Of a stretch of 64,000 nucleotides of DNA, positions 36,350-49,418 are shown piece after piece. The DNA comes from Mobula hypostoma (lineage: Eukaryota). The notes beneath the pieces were generated by a model. It did not search any database. It was not told where the DNA came from and saw only the letters and a program-made list of their open reading frames with translations. The position numbers were made by a program, and so were the translations under genes. The DNA is taken from NCBI RefSeq assembly GCF_963921235.1, contig NC_086101.1:125612001-125676000 (forward strand), read 5' to 3'. The number at the start of each line of letters is the position of its first letter. Positions within the stretch are counted from its first letter, which is position 1.

Positions 36350-37986
36350 TCATAAAAACCACCAGAGCTGCCTGTATGTGGAGACACAGGAGATGGCTGA
36401 GATTTTTAATGTCTGTTTCTCCTTGGCATTTACTAACAAGAATATCATAGATGCCAAAGTAGTGAGAGTAATAAGTGGTGAGGTCCTAGACCAGGCGCAT
36501 ATTGTAAGGAAGGTGTTATTTACAGCTTTAAAGCACCTTGGGGTGGGCAAGTTTCCTAGCCGAACCAAATACACCACTAGACATTGCAGAAGCTAGGGAA
36601 GGAATTACGGAGGTCCATATAGAGATATTTGCTTTGTTGTTAGCTACTAGCGAAGGTCCAGAATACTAGAACGTGGATACAGGGCAGTGAATCTAACTTA
36701 ATGTGTGGGGAAATTACTAGAGGGAATTTGGAATTCTGAGGGACAAAATCTACCACCACTTGGTTAGTCAAGGAACAGTCAGTACGGTTTTATGCTAGGA
36801 GGTCATGTCTGATGAAAACTATGGAGTTTTCGAAGAGGATAGATAAAAGTAGGGCAATGGATGTTGCTTATATGGTCAATATCCCATTTGGCAGATGATC
36901 AGGAAGGTTAACTCATATGGAATTCAGGTGAAAGAAGTGGTTTCAGAATTGCTTGATGATAGGTAGCGGAGGGTGATGGTTGAAGGTCAATTCTCTCACT
37001 GGAGGCCTGTGACTAGTGGGATGCCTCAGGAGTCAGTATTGGACTTCTACTATTAATTATTTATAAAATGTTTTGAATGTGATTGTACCTTGCATGATTA
37101 AGAAGTTTGCTGATGCTACTAAATTAGCGGGTCTTGTTGATGGTGAATCAGATTACACCGATTTTCAAAGAAATCTTGAGAAGTTAGGGAGATAGGCTGA
37201 GGAATAGCAAATGGATAAGTGTGTTAGGTAATTCATTTTGAACATTCAAAGCGGGATATCTCTATGCAGTGAATGGCAGAGCACTAACTAGTTTTGTGGA
37301 ACAGAGGGAGCTGAGAGTACAAACACACAGTTGCTGAAAGTGGCTGAGCAAGTAGACAGGATGGTGAAGAAAGTGTTTAGCGTGCTGGCCTTCTTCAGTC
37401 AGGGCAGGTTAGGAGTAGGGATATTATATTGGAGTTTCTAAGTTGTTGGTGAGACTGCACTTAGAGTAATGTGTACATTTTGGTCATCCTGTTATAGGAC
37501 AGACATTGTCAAGCTGTGCACGGTGCAGAAGAGACTTATGGAGATGCGGCTAGGACTAGAAAACCTGAGTTATAGGGAGAGTTTGGTCACACTAGGTCTT
37601 TCTACCTTGGAGGATAGGAGTTTAAGGGGTGATCTCATAGATGTACAGTATATGGTAAGGTGGCTGATAATAGCCTTTTCTCCAATGCTGGGGAATATAA
37701 AACTGGACGGCATAAAAACAAGGTAATAGAGGAGAGGTTTGAACAATACTTGAGAGAGAATTTCTTTACACAGAGGATAATGGATGCTTGGAATGAGTTG
37801 CTAGAGGAAGTGATCAAGGCAGGGACAATTGCAATACTTAAGAAGCAATTCGATAGATAAATGAAGGCGAAGGGTTTGGAGGGATATGGGCCAAACACAG
37901 GAAACAGAAACTTGCACGGAAGATGCTATGATCAGCATGAACCAATAGGGCTGAACGACATGTTTCTGTGCTGTATTACTCTATGA
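36350..37986 (+). mobile_element. Older CR1 RT fragment
   Basis: MAEIFNVCFS, KFADATKL and FFTQRIMDAWNEL with many lesions; tail tgtttctgtgctgtattactctatga. Confidence 0.85.
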
Positions 37987-37989
37987 GCA

Positions 37990-40125
37990 CTGGAGAGAGA
38001 TAGGAACAGATCATTTGGGAAAACATTTAATTGGGGTAGGGGGAAATATGATGCTATTAGGCAGGAACTTGGGAGCAGATGTTCTCAGGGAAATGCACAG
38101 CAGAAATAAGGGAAATGTTCAGGGAACATTTGCATGGTGTTTCACATAGGTATGTTCTTTTGAGGCAAGGATAGGATGGTAGGGTAAGAGAAACATGGTG
38201 AACAAAGAATGTAGAAAATCTAGTTAAGAAGAAAAGAAAAGCTTACAAAAGGTTCAAGAAAGTAGGTACTGTTAGAGCTCTAGAAAATTACAAGATTGCC
38301 AGGAAGGAGTTTAAGAATGAAATTAGGAGAGCTAGAAGGGGCCACTGAAGGCCTTGGTGAGCAGGATTAAGGAAATCCCCAAGGCATTCTACAAGTATGT
38401 GAAGAGCAGGAGAATGAGCTGTGTCAGAATAGGACCAATTAAGTGCGGAGGTAGCGGAGGTACTTAATGAATATTTTGCTTCAGCACTCACCAGGGAAAA
38501 GGACTTCGACAATTGTGGGGATGACTTACAGTGGACTGAAATGCTTGAACATATAGACATAGGAAAGAAGATGTGCTAGAGCTTTTGAAAAGCATTTAGT
38601 TAGATAAATTGCCAGGTCCAGATGAGATATACCCCAGGCTACTGTGGGGAGCGAGGGATGAAATTACTGAGCTTCTGGCGATGATCTTTGCATCATCAAT
38701 GGGGACGGGAGAGGTTCCAGAGGATTGGAGGGTTGCAAATGTTGCTCCCTTGTTCAAAAAAGGGAGTAGAAATAACCCAGGAAATTATAGACCAGTGAGC
38801 CTTACTTCAGTAGTGGGCAAGTTGTTGGAGAAAATCCTGAGATGCAGGATTTATAAGCATCTGGAGAGACATAATCTGATTAAGGATAGTCAGCATGGCT
38901 TTGTCAAGGACAGGTTGTGCCTTACAAACCTGATTGAATTCTTTGAGGATATAACAAAACAGATTGATGAAGGTAGAGCAGTGGATATAGTGTATATAGA
39001 TTCCATTAAGGCTTTTGATAAGGTTCGCCATGCAAGGCTCATTCAGAAAGTAAGGACGCATGGGATCCAAGGAAACCTTGCTTTGTGGAACCAGAAATGG
39101 CTTGCCCACAGAAGGCAAAGAGTGATTGTAAGTGGCTTGTATTCTGCATGGAGGTTGGTGACCAGTTGTATTTCACAAGGATCTGTTTTGGGACCCCTCA
39201 ACTTTGTGATTTTTATAAATGACCTGGAGGAGGAAGTAGAAGGGTGGGTTAGTAAGTTTGCTGATGTCACAAAAGTTGAGGTTGTTGTGGATAGTCTGGA
39301 GGGTTGTCAGAGGTTACAGTGGGACATCAACAGGATGCAGAACTGGGCTGAGAAGTGGCAGATGAAGTTCAACCCAGATACTTCTGAAGTGCTTCATTTT
39401 GGTAAGTCAAATTTGAAGACAGAATATAATATTAATAGTAAGACTTTTGGCAGTGTAGAGGATCAGAGAGATCTTGGGGTTCGTGTCCAAAGGACACTCA
39501 AAGCTGCTGTGCAAGTTGACAGTGTTGTTAAGAAAGCAAATGATGTGTTGGCCATCACCAGCTATGGGATTGAGTTCAAAAGCTGTGAGATATTGTGTTC
39601 AGTTCTGGTTTGGTTACCTCACTACAGGAAGGATATGGATACTATGGAAAGAGCGAAGAGGAGATTTACAAGGACGTTGCCTGGATTGGAGAGCATAACT
39701 TATGAAAATAGTTTGAGTGAACTTGGCTTTTTCTGCTTCGAGCAACGGAGGATGAGAAGTGACTTGATAGGGATGTATAAGGTGATGAGAGGCATTGACC
39801 ATGTAGATAGCCAGAGGTTTTTTCTCAGGGCTGAAATGGCTAACATGAGGGCGTATAGTTTTAAGGTGTTGAGAAGTAGGTACAGAGCAGATGTTAGAGG
39901 TAAGCTTTTCACACACAGAGTGGTGGGTGCGTGGAATGCACTACCAGCAACGGTGGTGGAGGCAGATAAAATAAGGTCTTTTAAGAGAGTCTTAGATAGG
40001 TACATGGAGCTTAGAAAAATGTGGTTGGGAAATTCTAGGCAGTTTCTAGAGTAGATTGCATGGTCAGCACAACATTGTGGGCCAAAGGGCCTGTAACGTG
40101 CTGTAGATTTCTATGTTCTATGTTC
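37990..40125 (+). mobile_element. CR1 LINE ORF2 fragment with 481-aa open RT frame (defective)
   Basis: ORF 38609-40054 with NYRPVSLTS, QHGF and SQGSVLGP; catalytic motif mutated to FADV; upstream stops; tail ttctatgttctatgttc. Confidence 0.93.
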
Positions 40126-41220
40126 AATGACTATGATTCTATGGAGATTGAGAGGTCCCATAGTATGATAAAATTACCTCTTGGTCTCATAATCTATCTT
40201 GACCATGGCTTTGCACTTTACTGTCTACCTGCACTGTAACTACAACATTTTACTTGGCGTTCTCTTATTGATTTTCCCTTATACTACTAAAATACACTGA
40301 AGTGATGAAATGGTCTATACGAATGGCCTGCAAAATAAAGCTTTTTACTTTCCCTCAGTGCATGTGACAACAATACAGCAATTTACCCATTTACCATTCC
40401 TGTCTGATTGCTCTTTGCTATCTCACTAATGATAACATTAGAGAATTGCAGAAGCACAAACCCATTTCCCATTACTATACTGATACCACAATGCATGTAG
40501 TATCATTTGCTTTGGACATGCTTTAGACACCACTCAGCACATTTTGACAAGTCTTGTGCAGTTTAGATTAATTCAATTCTCCACTATTAGCCCCACAATT
40601 TGGTTCCATATTTTTGTGGTATTTTACCCCCAAAAGTGACTAGTTAATTTGTGAAAAAAAAATTGATAAATAACTTTGCTTCAGTCAAATATACCTAAAA
40701 TATTTCTGAATTATGTCTTTGAATTGACGAAACATAACTGACGACTTATAAAATTGCTGCATGGGTTTCTTCATGGTGATTAATGAAAATGGGAACAGGG
40801 TTAAAGATTGCTGAAGTATTGGTGTGCATGCATTAAGCTCCAGCTATCAAGAAAGCATGGAAATTATTACAGTACATGTTGAAACAGGATTCTGTCCTCA
40901 TTTCCTGCGGATGCAAACCTACTGTAAGATTGAAATCTTATCAGCAGTCTTTGATGTTGTCAACTATCAAGAGGTGAAGTTAATGTTAAATTCCACCCCA
41001 CAGAACTATGGCTTTCACCCTACTGTGATGTTACACATCTCATTTCCTGAAAAAGTCAATTAAGATGGAATTATTTATGTTGGGAATACAAAATTAATAT
41101 TCAAAATCCTTTTACTTATTGTCTCCAAAGATTGGAGAAATTTCACACAGCTTGCTCCTTTCATCTCACCAGCTTCAGCAGAGACCTTAAGCAGAGCCTC
41201 ATTTGACATCTCAGGTGGAT

Positions 41221-41705
41221 ATAAAACCATAAGATCATAAGACATAGGAGCAGAGTTAGGCCACTTGGCCCATCGAGTCTTCTCTGCCTCTCCATCATGG
41301 CTGATTTATTATCCCTCGCAATCCCATTCCCCTATCTTCTCCCTATGACCTTTGACACCTTGACTAACCAAGAACCTATTAACTTTGTTATTAAATATAC
41401 CCAATCATTTGGCCTCCACAGCTGTCCATGACAATGAACTCCACAGATTCACCATCCCCACTCCCCTGCTTTCACCCCACACCCTTTGATGCCCTGGCTA
41501 ATCAAGAACTTATCTATCTCTGCCCTAAATACACCAAATGACTTGTCCTCCACAGCTGCTCGTGGCAACACAAATTCCACAGATTTACCATCTTCTAACT
41601 AAAGTAATTTCTCTGCATCTCAGTTCTAAAAGGACATCCTTCTATTCTGAAGTCATGCCCTCTTGTCCTAGAATCCCCTACCATGGGAAATAACTTTGCT
41701 ATATC
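41221..41705 (-). mobile_element. Two adjoining CR1 3'-end fragments
   Basis: Same tail and UTR as 24761-25100 and 49419-50010; the segment starting near 41350 recurs at ~41480. Confidence 0.75.
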
Positions 41706-41816
41706 ATATTACCCCTTCTGCAGTCCTTTAACTCTTTCACTAATTCACTTCCCAGCTCTTTACATCACCCCTCTGACTCCCAATTTCACCTATCACTACC
41801 TTGTATTTCTTCCTCC

Positions 41817-42662
41817 TGTCATGTACCCCGTGACAGGAATAAAGGAACCAGCAGAAATAGAAACCACTTTGGAGTCTAGTATTGCTAATAACTAATAATA
41901 TTTATTAATAACTGCACAATACAGTAAACCAAGTGAAGATAAATCAAACAGGTTAGCAAGAATTATATATATAAGTAAGTAAATCAGTAAGTGTGGAAAA
42001 ATATGTATGAAAACCAAGCTTCTTTAAGTCTAGGGGTAAAAAGATACAGTCTTACGATGTTGAGCAAAGTTTAGTTCAGTTCAGTTCAGTTCATGGAATT
42101 TAGTTGAATAGCAATGGAGAGAGAGAGAGAGAGAGAGTGAGTTGAGTCTTCAGGCGAGCTGTTGCAGTCGATTTTCTCGTCGTCCTCCGAAATCCTTCAC
42201 AAGTCACTGACTGTGACTTAACAACAAAGGGGACTGTATTTCGGTGTGGTTGAGCTGTCTACCCAGGCCAGGGTCGGACACATGGACAACTCCCCACCGG
42301 TCTTGCCTTTGAATTTTCATTGGCAGAGCACTTGGATCAATCGGCCTGATCGATCCTCCAAAACCCACTTTCTCTGCGGGCACAACAATGCTCATTCAGT
42401 GTCCCGATCATGTGTCTGAGGTCTGTATCATCTGACCTCCTATTTATCTCACCAGGCTGAGCATCACCTGTCATTCAAAGAGTCCCTCCTTCCTTTGTCT
42501 GTAAAGGAATGCGAGCAGGCAACAAGTCCTTGGAAGTAACATCAATAATGTGCTGTTGGTCACCACAGAAACTTTCGAGCTGCTCAGTGCTGTCTCCAAA
42601 CCCAACTCAGTAGAAATCCAAAGTTACTCCCTGTGCCTTAAAGTGACAGTCCAACCATCAAT

Positions 42663-42717
<55 letters not shown>

Positions 42718-42799
42718 TAAAATAAACCATCGATGATAAATAACTCTCTCTCTGTCTCTCTTCAAACAGTTAATAGGGGCACTCCTGGATCCCCTCACA
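41817..42799 (-). mobile_element. Solo LTR (983 bp) inserted in a PLE tail
   Basis: TG...CA termini (TGTCATG...CCTCACA), 4-bp TSD ctcc/ctcc; minus-strand AATAAA near 41900; flanks join into a pyrimidine-rich PLE UTR. Confidence 0.85.
42667..42714. repeat. (CT)24 microsatellite inside the solo LTR
   Basis: Direct reading. Confidence 0.95.
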
Positions 42800-43225
42800 C
42801 TCCCCTCCCCCCACCTTCTTACTTTGACTTCTCATCTTTTTTCTCCAGTTCTGATGAATCAACGACTGTTCACTGTTTTCCATAGATGCTGCCTGGCCTG
42901 CTGAGTTCCTTTAGCATTTTGTGTGTGTTGCTTAGATTTTCTACATCTGCAGATTTTCTCTTGTTTACTGATAAACATGAACTACTCTTTCCACGGATGC
43001 TGCCTGACCTGCTGAGTTTTTCCAGCATTTTCAGCTTTAATTCCAGATTTCAAGCATACGATTATCTGTTTAAGTTTTAATTTACTATTGATGACAGAAA
43101 AAAGGAGTTGTTACCTCTGACTGCTTTCTTGGTTGAAAATGCTGGAAAAGGTTAATCGTGTTGGGCAGAATTTGTGACGGAGAAATAGTCAACATTTCAT
43201 GACTGGGGCTCTTCATCAGAACTAT
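42800..43225. mobile_element. Cluster of PLE terminal repeats (two on +, one on -) with decayed hammerhead cores
   Basis: CTGATGA at 42851 with stem II deleted; gatgctgcctg(g/a)cctgctgagtt occurs twice; minus copy reads agttCTGATGAagagccccagtcatGAAAtgttgact. Confidence 0.75.
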
Positions 43226-43631
43226 CCTATTATTTAGGCTTAGTTACCACAAGTATGATTGTGTGTTGCAAAATCAAGTATTTCTCTGAATAAACTATTT
43301 GTGGGCAGCAAACTGTAACATTTGAAACCATTTTGTTTCATTTAAAAGGTAGAATTAAAATATTACGAGGGAGACACCCAGATTGATTTTGGTAAGATTG
43401 AAATAGCTAGCTCAAAATATCTGAGTATAGCTCACAAAACTGTTTGCTTGATTGGAAAGAATATATGAACCAAAGTGCTTAAAATGAAAAAAAAACAATT
43501 TATATTCAAATGCTGTGAAGTTGATTTTATCTTCTCTTTTGACATAAATGTCTTTTATGTTAAATTAAATAAAAAAAGTTAAATTTAAAGTTGGAAAACT
43601 AATTGACGCTATTAAATGCAGAGTATTGTTT

Positions 43632-43634
<3 letters not shown>

Positions 43635-43672
<38 letters not shown>
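43635..43672. repeat. (TA)n microsatellite
   Basis: Direct reading, about 19 units. Confidence 0.95.
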
Positions 43673-43676
<4 letters not shown>

Positions 43677-43730
43677 AATAATGTAATGTGAATCATAATA
43701 TCCTTTATTATATAGAAGTGATTTCCTCAT

Positions 43731-43993
43731 TGGGGCGTCACAGCGTAGCAGTTAGCTTGACGCTATCACAACCTGGAATGTTGGAGTTCAGTTCCAACGC
43801 CCTCTGTAAAGAGTTTGTACCTCCTCTCTTTGAACATGTGGGTTTCCTCTGGGTGCTCCGGTTTCATCTCACAGTCTAAAGATGTACTGGCTAGTAGGTT
43901 AATTGGTCATTGTAAGTTACCCTGTGATTAGGCTAGGTGCAGCTCTTTGGACAGGAAGGGCCTATTCTATGCTGCATCTCAAAATAAATAAAA
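43731..43993 (+). mobile_element. tRNA-derived SINE (V-SINE-like central domain, CR1-type tail)
   Basis: Box A/B-like head (gcgtagcagttagc, ggagttcagttcc); gggtttcctctgggtgctccggtttc core; gaagggcctattctatgctg then an A-rich end. Confidence 0.75.
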
Positions 43994-44019
43994 ATTAACA
44001 ATCTTTGTTTTACTCATAG

Positions 44020-44092
44020 ACTTGGATCAAACATGGTCAACCAAAGTCTTTCTGGATTTCAGGATTCTTCTTCCCGCAGGGATTTCTGACAG
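44020..44092 (+). CDS. DNAH6: DNAH6 exon (TWIKHGQPKSFWISGFFFPQGFLT)
   Basis: catag acceptor, G|gtatga donor, 73 nt; FWISGFFFPQGFLTG motif. Confidence 0.95.
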
Positions 44093-44376
44093 GTATGATC
44101 AGATAAAGCTTTCTGCAAACATATTCATTAATTTATTTTTCATTAGTTTGGATATTTATTTTTCTGTAAGCATGCATTGGTTGTTACTTGATCCAGCTCT
44201 TGTTTAAAGTAAGGGGAGATTTGAATCAAGGAATAAATTAAGAGGAATTATTTGTATTTAGAATTAAATAAGGAGGGATGATTTATTCCAAAATTCACAC
44301 TCCAGGAATTTTGATTCTTTAAGAAAGTATAAAGATAGCCTATCTTGAAATACACAAGACAAAGACTAATTAAATT

Positions 44377-45000
44377 AAACAGCGCGCGTGGCCGTTCCGA
44401 ATGATATCGTATCTGTGAAGTAGGATGCCATGCACAATCCTGATTTGATGGAGATAGACGTGAGAAGCACGGAGGAAAATCTGCAGTAACTTCTGAAATG
44501 CCTGCTTCGCTGCTGCTACTACTTGTGTGATCGAGAATCTCCGGAGGGGAAGGCCCCAAATCCTTGGCCTTGCCTATTGCCTGTTGCCAGGGCCAGGGTT
44601 GAAGAGCTCGGCAGAGATGGTGCTCGGTGCTCGGTGTCGGAGAGCTGATCGGAGGCTCGGAGTTTTCGGACGGACTTGGAGTCGGACTGTGGTCAGATGC
44701 TTCTGGGATGCTGCATCGGCAAGTTTGTGGCGCTGGAGGTTTACTGTCTGCGTAAGATAATGGGACTTTCGAGAGACTTTGAGACTTTTACCGTGCCCAT
44801 GGTTTGTTCTTATCAAATTACAGTATTGCTTTGCACTGTTGTAACTATATGTTATAATTATGTGGTTTTTGTCAGTTTTTCAGTCTTGGTTTGTCATGTG
44901 TTTCTGTGATAGCATTCTAGAAAGACATTGTATCATTTCTTAATGCATGCATTACTAAATGACAATAAACGAGGACTGCGTGTCCTCATAATCTAATCTA
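44377..45000 (+). mobile_element. Young, CpG-retaining non-coding retroposon
   Basis: Many intact CpGs; ends gacaataaacgaggactgcgtgtcctcataatctaatcta; no coding similarity recognised. Confidence 0.6.
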
Positions 45001-45515
45001 CATGACTCCCTTGCTCACTCATCCTCACCACTAATCTCGCTCCTGGCACTTATTCCTGCAAGCTTTACAAGTGCTACACCTGCCCCTACACCTCCTCCCT
45101 CACCACTATTCAGGGCTCCAAATTGTCCTTCCAGGTGAGGTGACATTTCACCTGTGAGGTGATATGTCTTATCCAGTACTCCCAGTGCACTTCCTCCACA
45201 TTAGTGATACCTATGTAGATTGGGGAACTGTTTCATCAAACATCTTTGCTCCATCTGTCACAAAAGGCAGGTCACCCATTTCACTTCGACTTTCCAATTC
45301 CATTCTAACCTGTCTGTCCTTAGTCTCCTCTACTGCTATGACGAGGCCACGTTCAGATTGGAGGAACAATATCTCATATTCTATCTGGGTAGCCTTCAAC
45401 CTGACTGCATGGATATCAATTTCTCCCTCCATGGATGCTGCCTGACTTGCTGAATTCTTCTAGCATTTTGTACATATTGCTCAAGATTTCCAGCATCTTC
45501 AAAATCTCTTGTGTT
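45001..45515 (+). mobile_element. Penelope-like element relic (Cys motif plus GIY-YIG), internally deleted UTR
   Basis: GTYSCKLYKCYTCPY...FQVR*HFTC and LLYCYDEATFRLEEQYLIFYLGSLQPDCMDINFS, joined directly to the gatgctgcctgac repeat. Confidence 0.85.
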
Positions 45516-46189
45516 TAAGTAAATGATATCACCCAGTAGTTACTTCAACACTGTGAAGTTTTTCAGAGCCAAATTATATTGTCAGAAGTGCATCAAAGTT
45601 TTAAACTCATAGTTCAATGCATTCAGGGAGATGAATTGACCGAAGTAAAAATACCAGATGTATTGTATTATGATAAATATTTTAAATTTTAATCGAAAAA
45701 GGGTCAAACTTCCATTAGTTTTGTCTTCGAGGGTGAAGGCCTACAATTCATAAAGTTCATGTTTATCATCCAAGCTTTACTTCTGCTGTTGTTACTTTCC
45801 AGCCTCTCCACCAAGTAGAGCCTTATGAAGATGTATATATTTTTTAAAAGCTTTTCAGCTTTTTGGAACTCTAAGTTATAATCCACTGATAGCACAGTTT
45901 AAATTTTGTCCGGCCAATCCATTGATAGAAGGAAATGTTTCACGGAACAGCACATTTTGGGTACTTAAGTGCATGCCTCTCCTAAGAAGGTATACATTTA
46001 AATGTACATTCACCCATATGGTGGTAAACACCAGAAGTTTAACATGATCACTTAATTTACACAGAATTTGTGCATATTTAAATAATTTTTACTGATGTTG
46101 TAAAATTCTATGTATAGGTGCACTGCTAATAGGGCAGAGTCTGATATGACTTCTCTAACTTCACGTGCAACTAATCAATAGAGGTGATA

Positions 46190-46709
46190 CAGGTTTCCCC
46201 CGCTATCGAAGGTAGAGCGTTCCTATGAAACTGTTTGTAAGCCAAAATGTTGTAAAGCAAAGAAGCAATTACCATTAATTTATATGGGAAAAATTTTTGA
46301 GCGTTCCCAGACCCAGAAAATAACCTACCAAATCATTACAAATAATACATAAAACCTAAAATAACATGAACATGTAGTAAAAGCAGGAATGATATGATAA
46401 ATACACAGCCTATATAAAGTAGAAATAATGTATGTACGGTGTAGTTTCACTTATCAAAATTGGGAAGACAGTGAGCCAAAGTCAATTTGGAGAAAAAAAA
46501 TCGGCACGTACATGCATGCGCACACAACTGCCCACACAAGGCTTCATGGTCACGGTAGTCTTTCTCAGGGTAAACACACGTATAAAGCGGGCAGCTTTTT
46601 TTTTGTAAAAGCAAAAATCCTCTTTGGTTAGTGAAAACAGGTACTAATGTAAGTCTTTCGTAACAGCGAGCTGTTGTAAAGCAAACATTCAAAAAACGGG
46701 GGCCACTTG
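46190..46709. mobile_element. Tigger/pogo-like MITE
   Basis: TA flanks (46188-46189, 46710-46711); imperfect TIRs caggtttcccccg / cgggggccacttg. Confidence 0.8.
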
Positions 46710-47145
46710 TATTCAATTTTTAATGCACTTGCCACAGATGGTTCTTCCGATTCTAATTACATTCTAGGCCATTAGTTCTAATGAACCTTTTGGCATTAAT
46801 TCTGATTAAACAATCATTTCAAAAAGATTTTTCTAACATTTCCAATTCAGAGATAACAATTGCTTTGCCAATTTATATATAACTTGTGCTTATGAGAGCA
46901 TGAAATGCAATACTTAGCCAGACGTTTTGACTTAAAACGATCTGCATGTTTTCTTTCTGAATTTGTTCATGCTAAAAAAAAATCTGAACAGCAGTTCATT
47001 TACAAGAGATTCACTTCAATCTACATGATAATTAGGAAGCTTGTGACATCAGTGTTTATTGATGTCACTTTCTGAGTTTGCATACTTAGATACACTTTGT
47101 GCAGAAGCATTCAATAATTATATATGAAGGATGATGTGCAGAATG

Positions 47146-48330
47146 TGTGGTACATGCTGCCTTTCGCTAACTTCCCTTCATTGAGGAAGAGATTTTTGGC
47201 CCTTCTCCCACTGAGTCAGGTTTAGTGGGGAGGGCTATCTGTGGGCAGCCTGGGTTACAGCAGGACCCTGAAGGAAAAGAAGCGGGGCCCTGGACACAGG
47301 ACAGGGGGCTCCGAGTTGCAGTGGGGCATGAGTGAGAGATTGAGAGAGGATTTGGCAAACAGTCACGAGGTATCCCCAGTAGTGTCCGAGCCTGAAGGGT
47401 TTAGGTGAGGGGGTACGGAGATCTCGGAGGATTAGGAAACTCCCAGATAGGTTGGCCTATGTAGCGCTCGTGGAACAGGGCGTAAGGTCTACTGTTTGGG
47501 GAGCAATGTGACTGTTTGTACCTGGATTGGGTTTTTGTGTCTGCAGGAATGGTTGGCGAGTTATTTAGAAGTCATAAGGCCATGCCTAAAATTGGTGGGG
47601 GGAGAGTGTAAGGGGTTTCTTTTTTTATGTTACTGCTAAGGCTAATAAAAATGGCTTCCTTGTCATGTTAGAATAAAATAGCTTCTTTGTTATGTTAACT
47701 GCTGAGAAAGTGCTTCTCTCTCACAGCTTGTTTGGGTTATAATTACTGATAAGAGAATTGTATTCATTTGCTAACCAATTGGGATAGATGTTATTCTTCC
47801 TTGTGTTACTATATGCTATTTTTTGCACGGGCTTTGAGGCAGAAGGCACGATGGGGACAGAGAGAGGAGACGTGATGCTGTAAGATGGGCAGTGGAACGG
47901 ACCCCGAGCGGTAGTCCGAGGCCCAGGGTCTTCGACAGGGAGAGGAGATGAAGAGAGGCTCATGTGGAGCTTCTGCTTGACCACCGTGGTTAGTCCCAGG
48001 TGGCGGGTCGAGGAGGTCAGAGGGGATTGAATGGTGGAAAGAAGACTCCGTTAATTGAGCTCCAATTGTTGTGCATGAAGTGTTTGAACTTTGATAAGTT
48101 TGGCACCTTTTACTTTCCTTTTATATTTTATCTCTATTAATTATGTAGTTCCAGTAAGATCTATAAAGTGTAATAATTTAATCGCATATGGTGTTTTATC
48201 TGTTATTTGGCGGGGTGGGGTACATCACACAGTATCCACACAAACTTGATTACCCAGTTTGGCGGGGCTGAAGGCTGCTACCCCGGACGAAAGTGAGCTG
48301 AGCGAGCCTGAGGCTTACTAGGGGGCTACA
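47146..48330 (+). mobile_element. 3' end of an LTR retrotransposon: pol tail, PPT and 724-bp 3' LTR (47607-48330)
   Basis: VRRSRRIRKLPDRL (Gypsy pol C-terminal RRS.R..P motif); PPT ggtggggggagag directly before TGTAAGGGG; LTR ends GGGGGCTACA. Confidence 0.85.
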
Positions 48331-49418
48331 TATAATATTAATGAAAATATATCTAAAATGCATTGCAAACCTTATTAGTTAAAAAGTAAATTAGTACTGG
48401 CCGGAGGTAATTTGGTCTAATGAATCTATACCTCCTGTGTGCCAGAGATGGTCTGAACAGTTCTGTAGAGTGGGATTGGTGACTGGTATTAGTGACTCAT
48501 TTATCTGTATTAAACTTTATTTGACAATTGTATAGTCGACAAGCTTATTAACGTCCTCCTCTGACTTTAATGCAATCTTATCTTTGGGGGTAAAAGTAGC
48601 TGTTTTATGCGAGGCACCATCATCAGTGTCTCTCTTCTTCAAGTAGTGAGGCCCGCTGTCACTGCCCTATTCCTTTTCTCCTCATTCTGTCAACTCTTAA
48701 TAAAACTATCATGAAGCAATAAGTTTTAGTGTATGCCTTGTTCCTGACCTCCAAAAGAATCTTGGATTTAAACACCAGAATCTCATTTTCCTGGTTCTGC
48801 CCTTTTAATTCCTTCCCAACACCATCTCCACCATCTTGTTTTGTAATGTCAGAACTTTGTTCTCATCAAAGTTCAATACAGGTCCTCCCCTGGTTACAAC
48901 AGGGTTCTGTTCCTGGGGAATGCTGGTGATCTGAACAGTTTACAAGTCAGGAATGTTGCTGAACTGAGTTTCTACATGACTGAAGATGCCGGCAGTCCTA
49001 TAACAGCTGGCACCTTTCTCCCTAATGCTCATTCATATGGACGGACTATGCATAAATCAAGCATTTCTAATCTGGTCAAAAACTGTTCTGCAATTTTTGT
49101 TTTATTATAGCATTATCGATAGAGAATCTTTGACCAAAGTGTCAATTTTTTATTCTTCTCACTAGATACTGCTTGACTTGTCCCAGCATTTTGTGTGTGT
49201 TGCTTATAATAGCTTTTCTGCTTTTCATTGTTACTCCTGTGAAAGTAAATTCCAGTGTTTGGTTTGCATTTTTTAGTTACCCTTTTAACCTGCATCACCA
49301 AACAATGTTGGAAATATTCACCACACTTTTTTAGAATGTCAGTTTACTTCTCCCAAGATCCCATTGTTGCTATTATTACTGCTCCTTTTTTGAGCTCTTT
49401 ACAAATATTAATTATTTT

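Noticed and set aside
38609-40054. 481-aa ORF as an active reverse transcriptase or host gene
   Set aside because: CR1 ORF2 fragment with catalytic FADD changed to FADV, no endonuclease domain and upstream stops; a decayed insertion.
48878-49085. Second Tigger-like MITE
   Set aside because: The left end (TA-caggtcctcccc) is suggestive, but the right TIR and TSD are too degraded to support a call.
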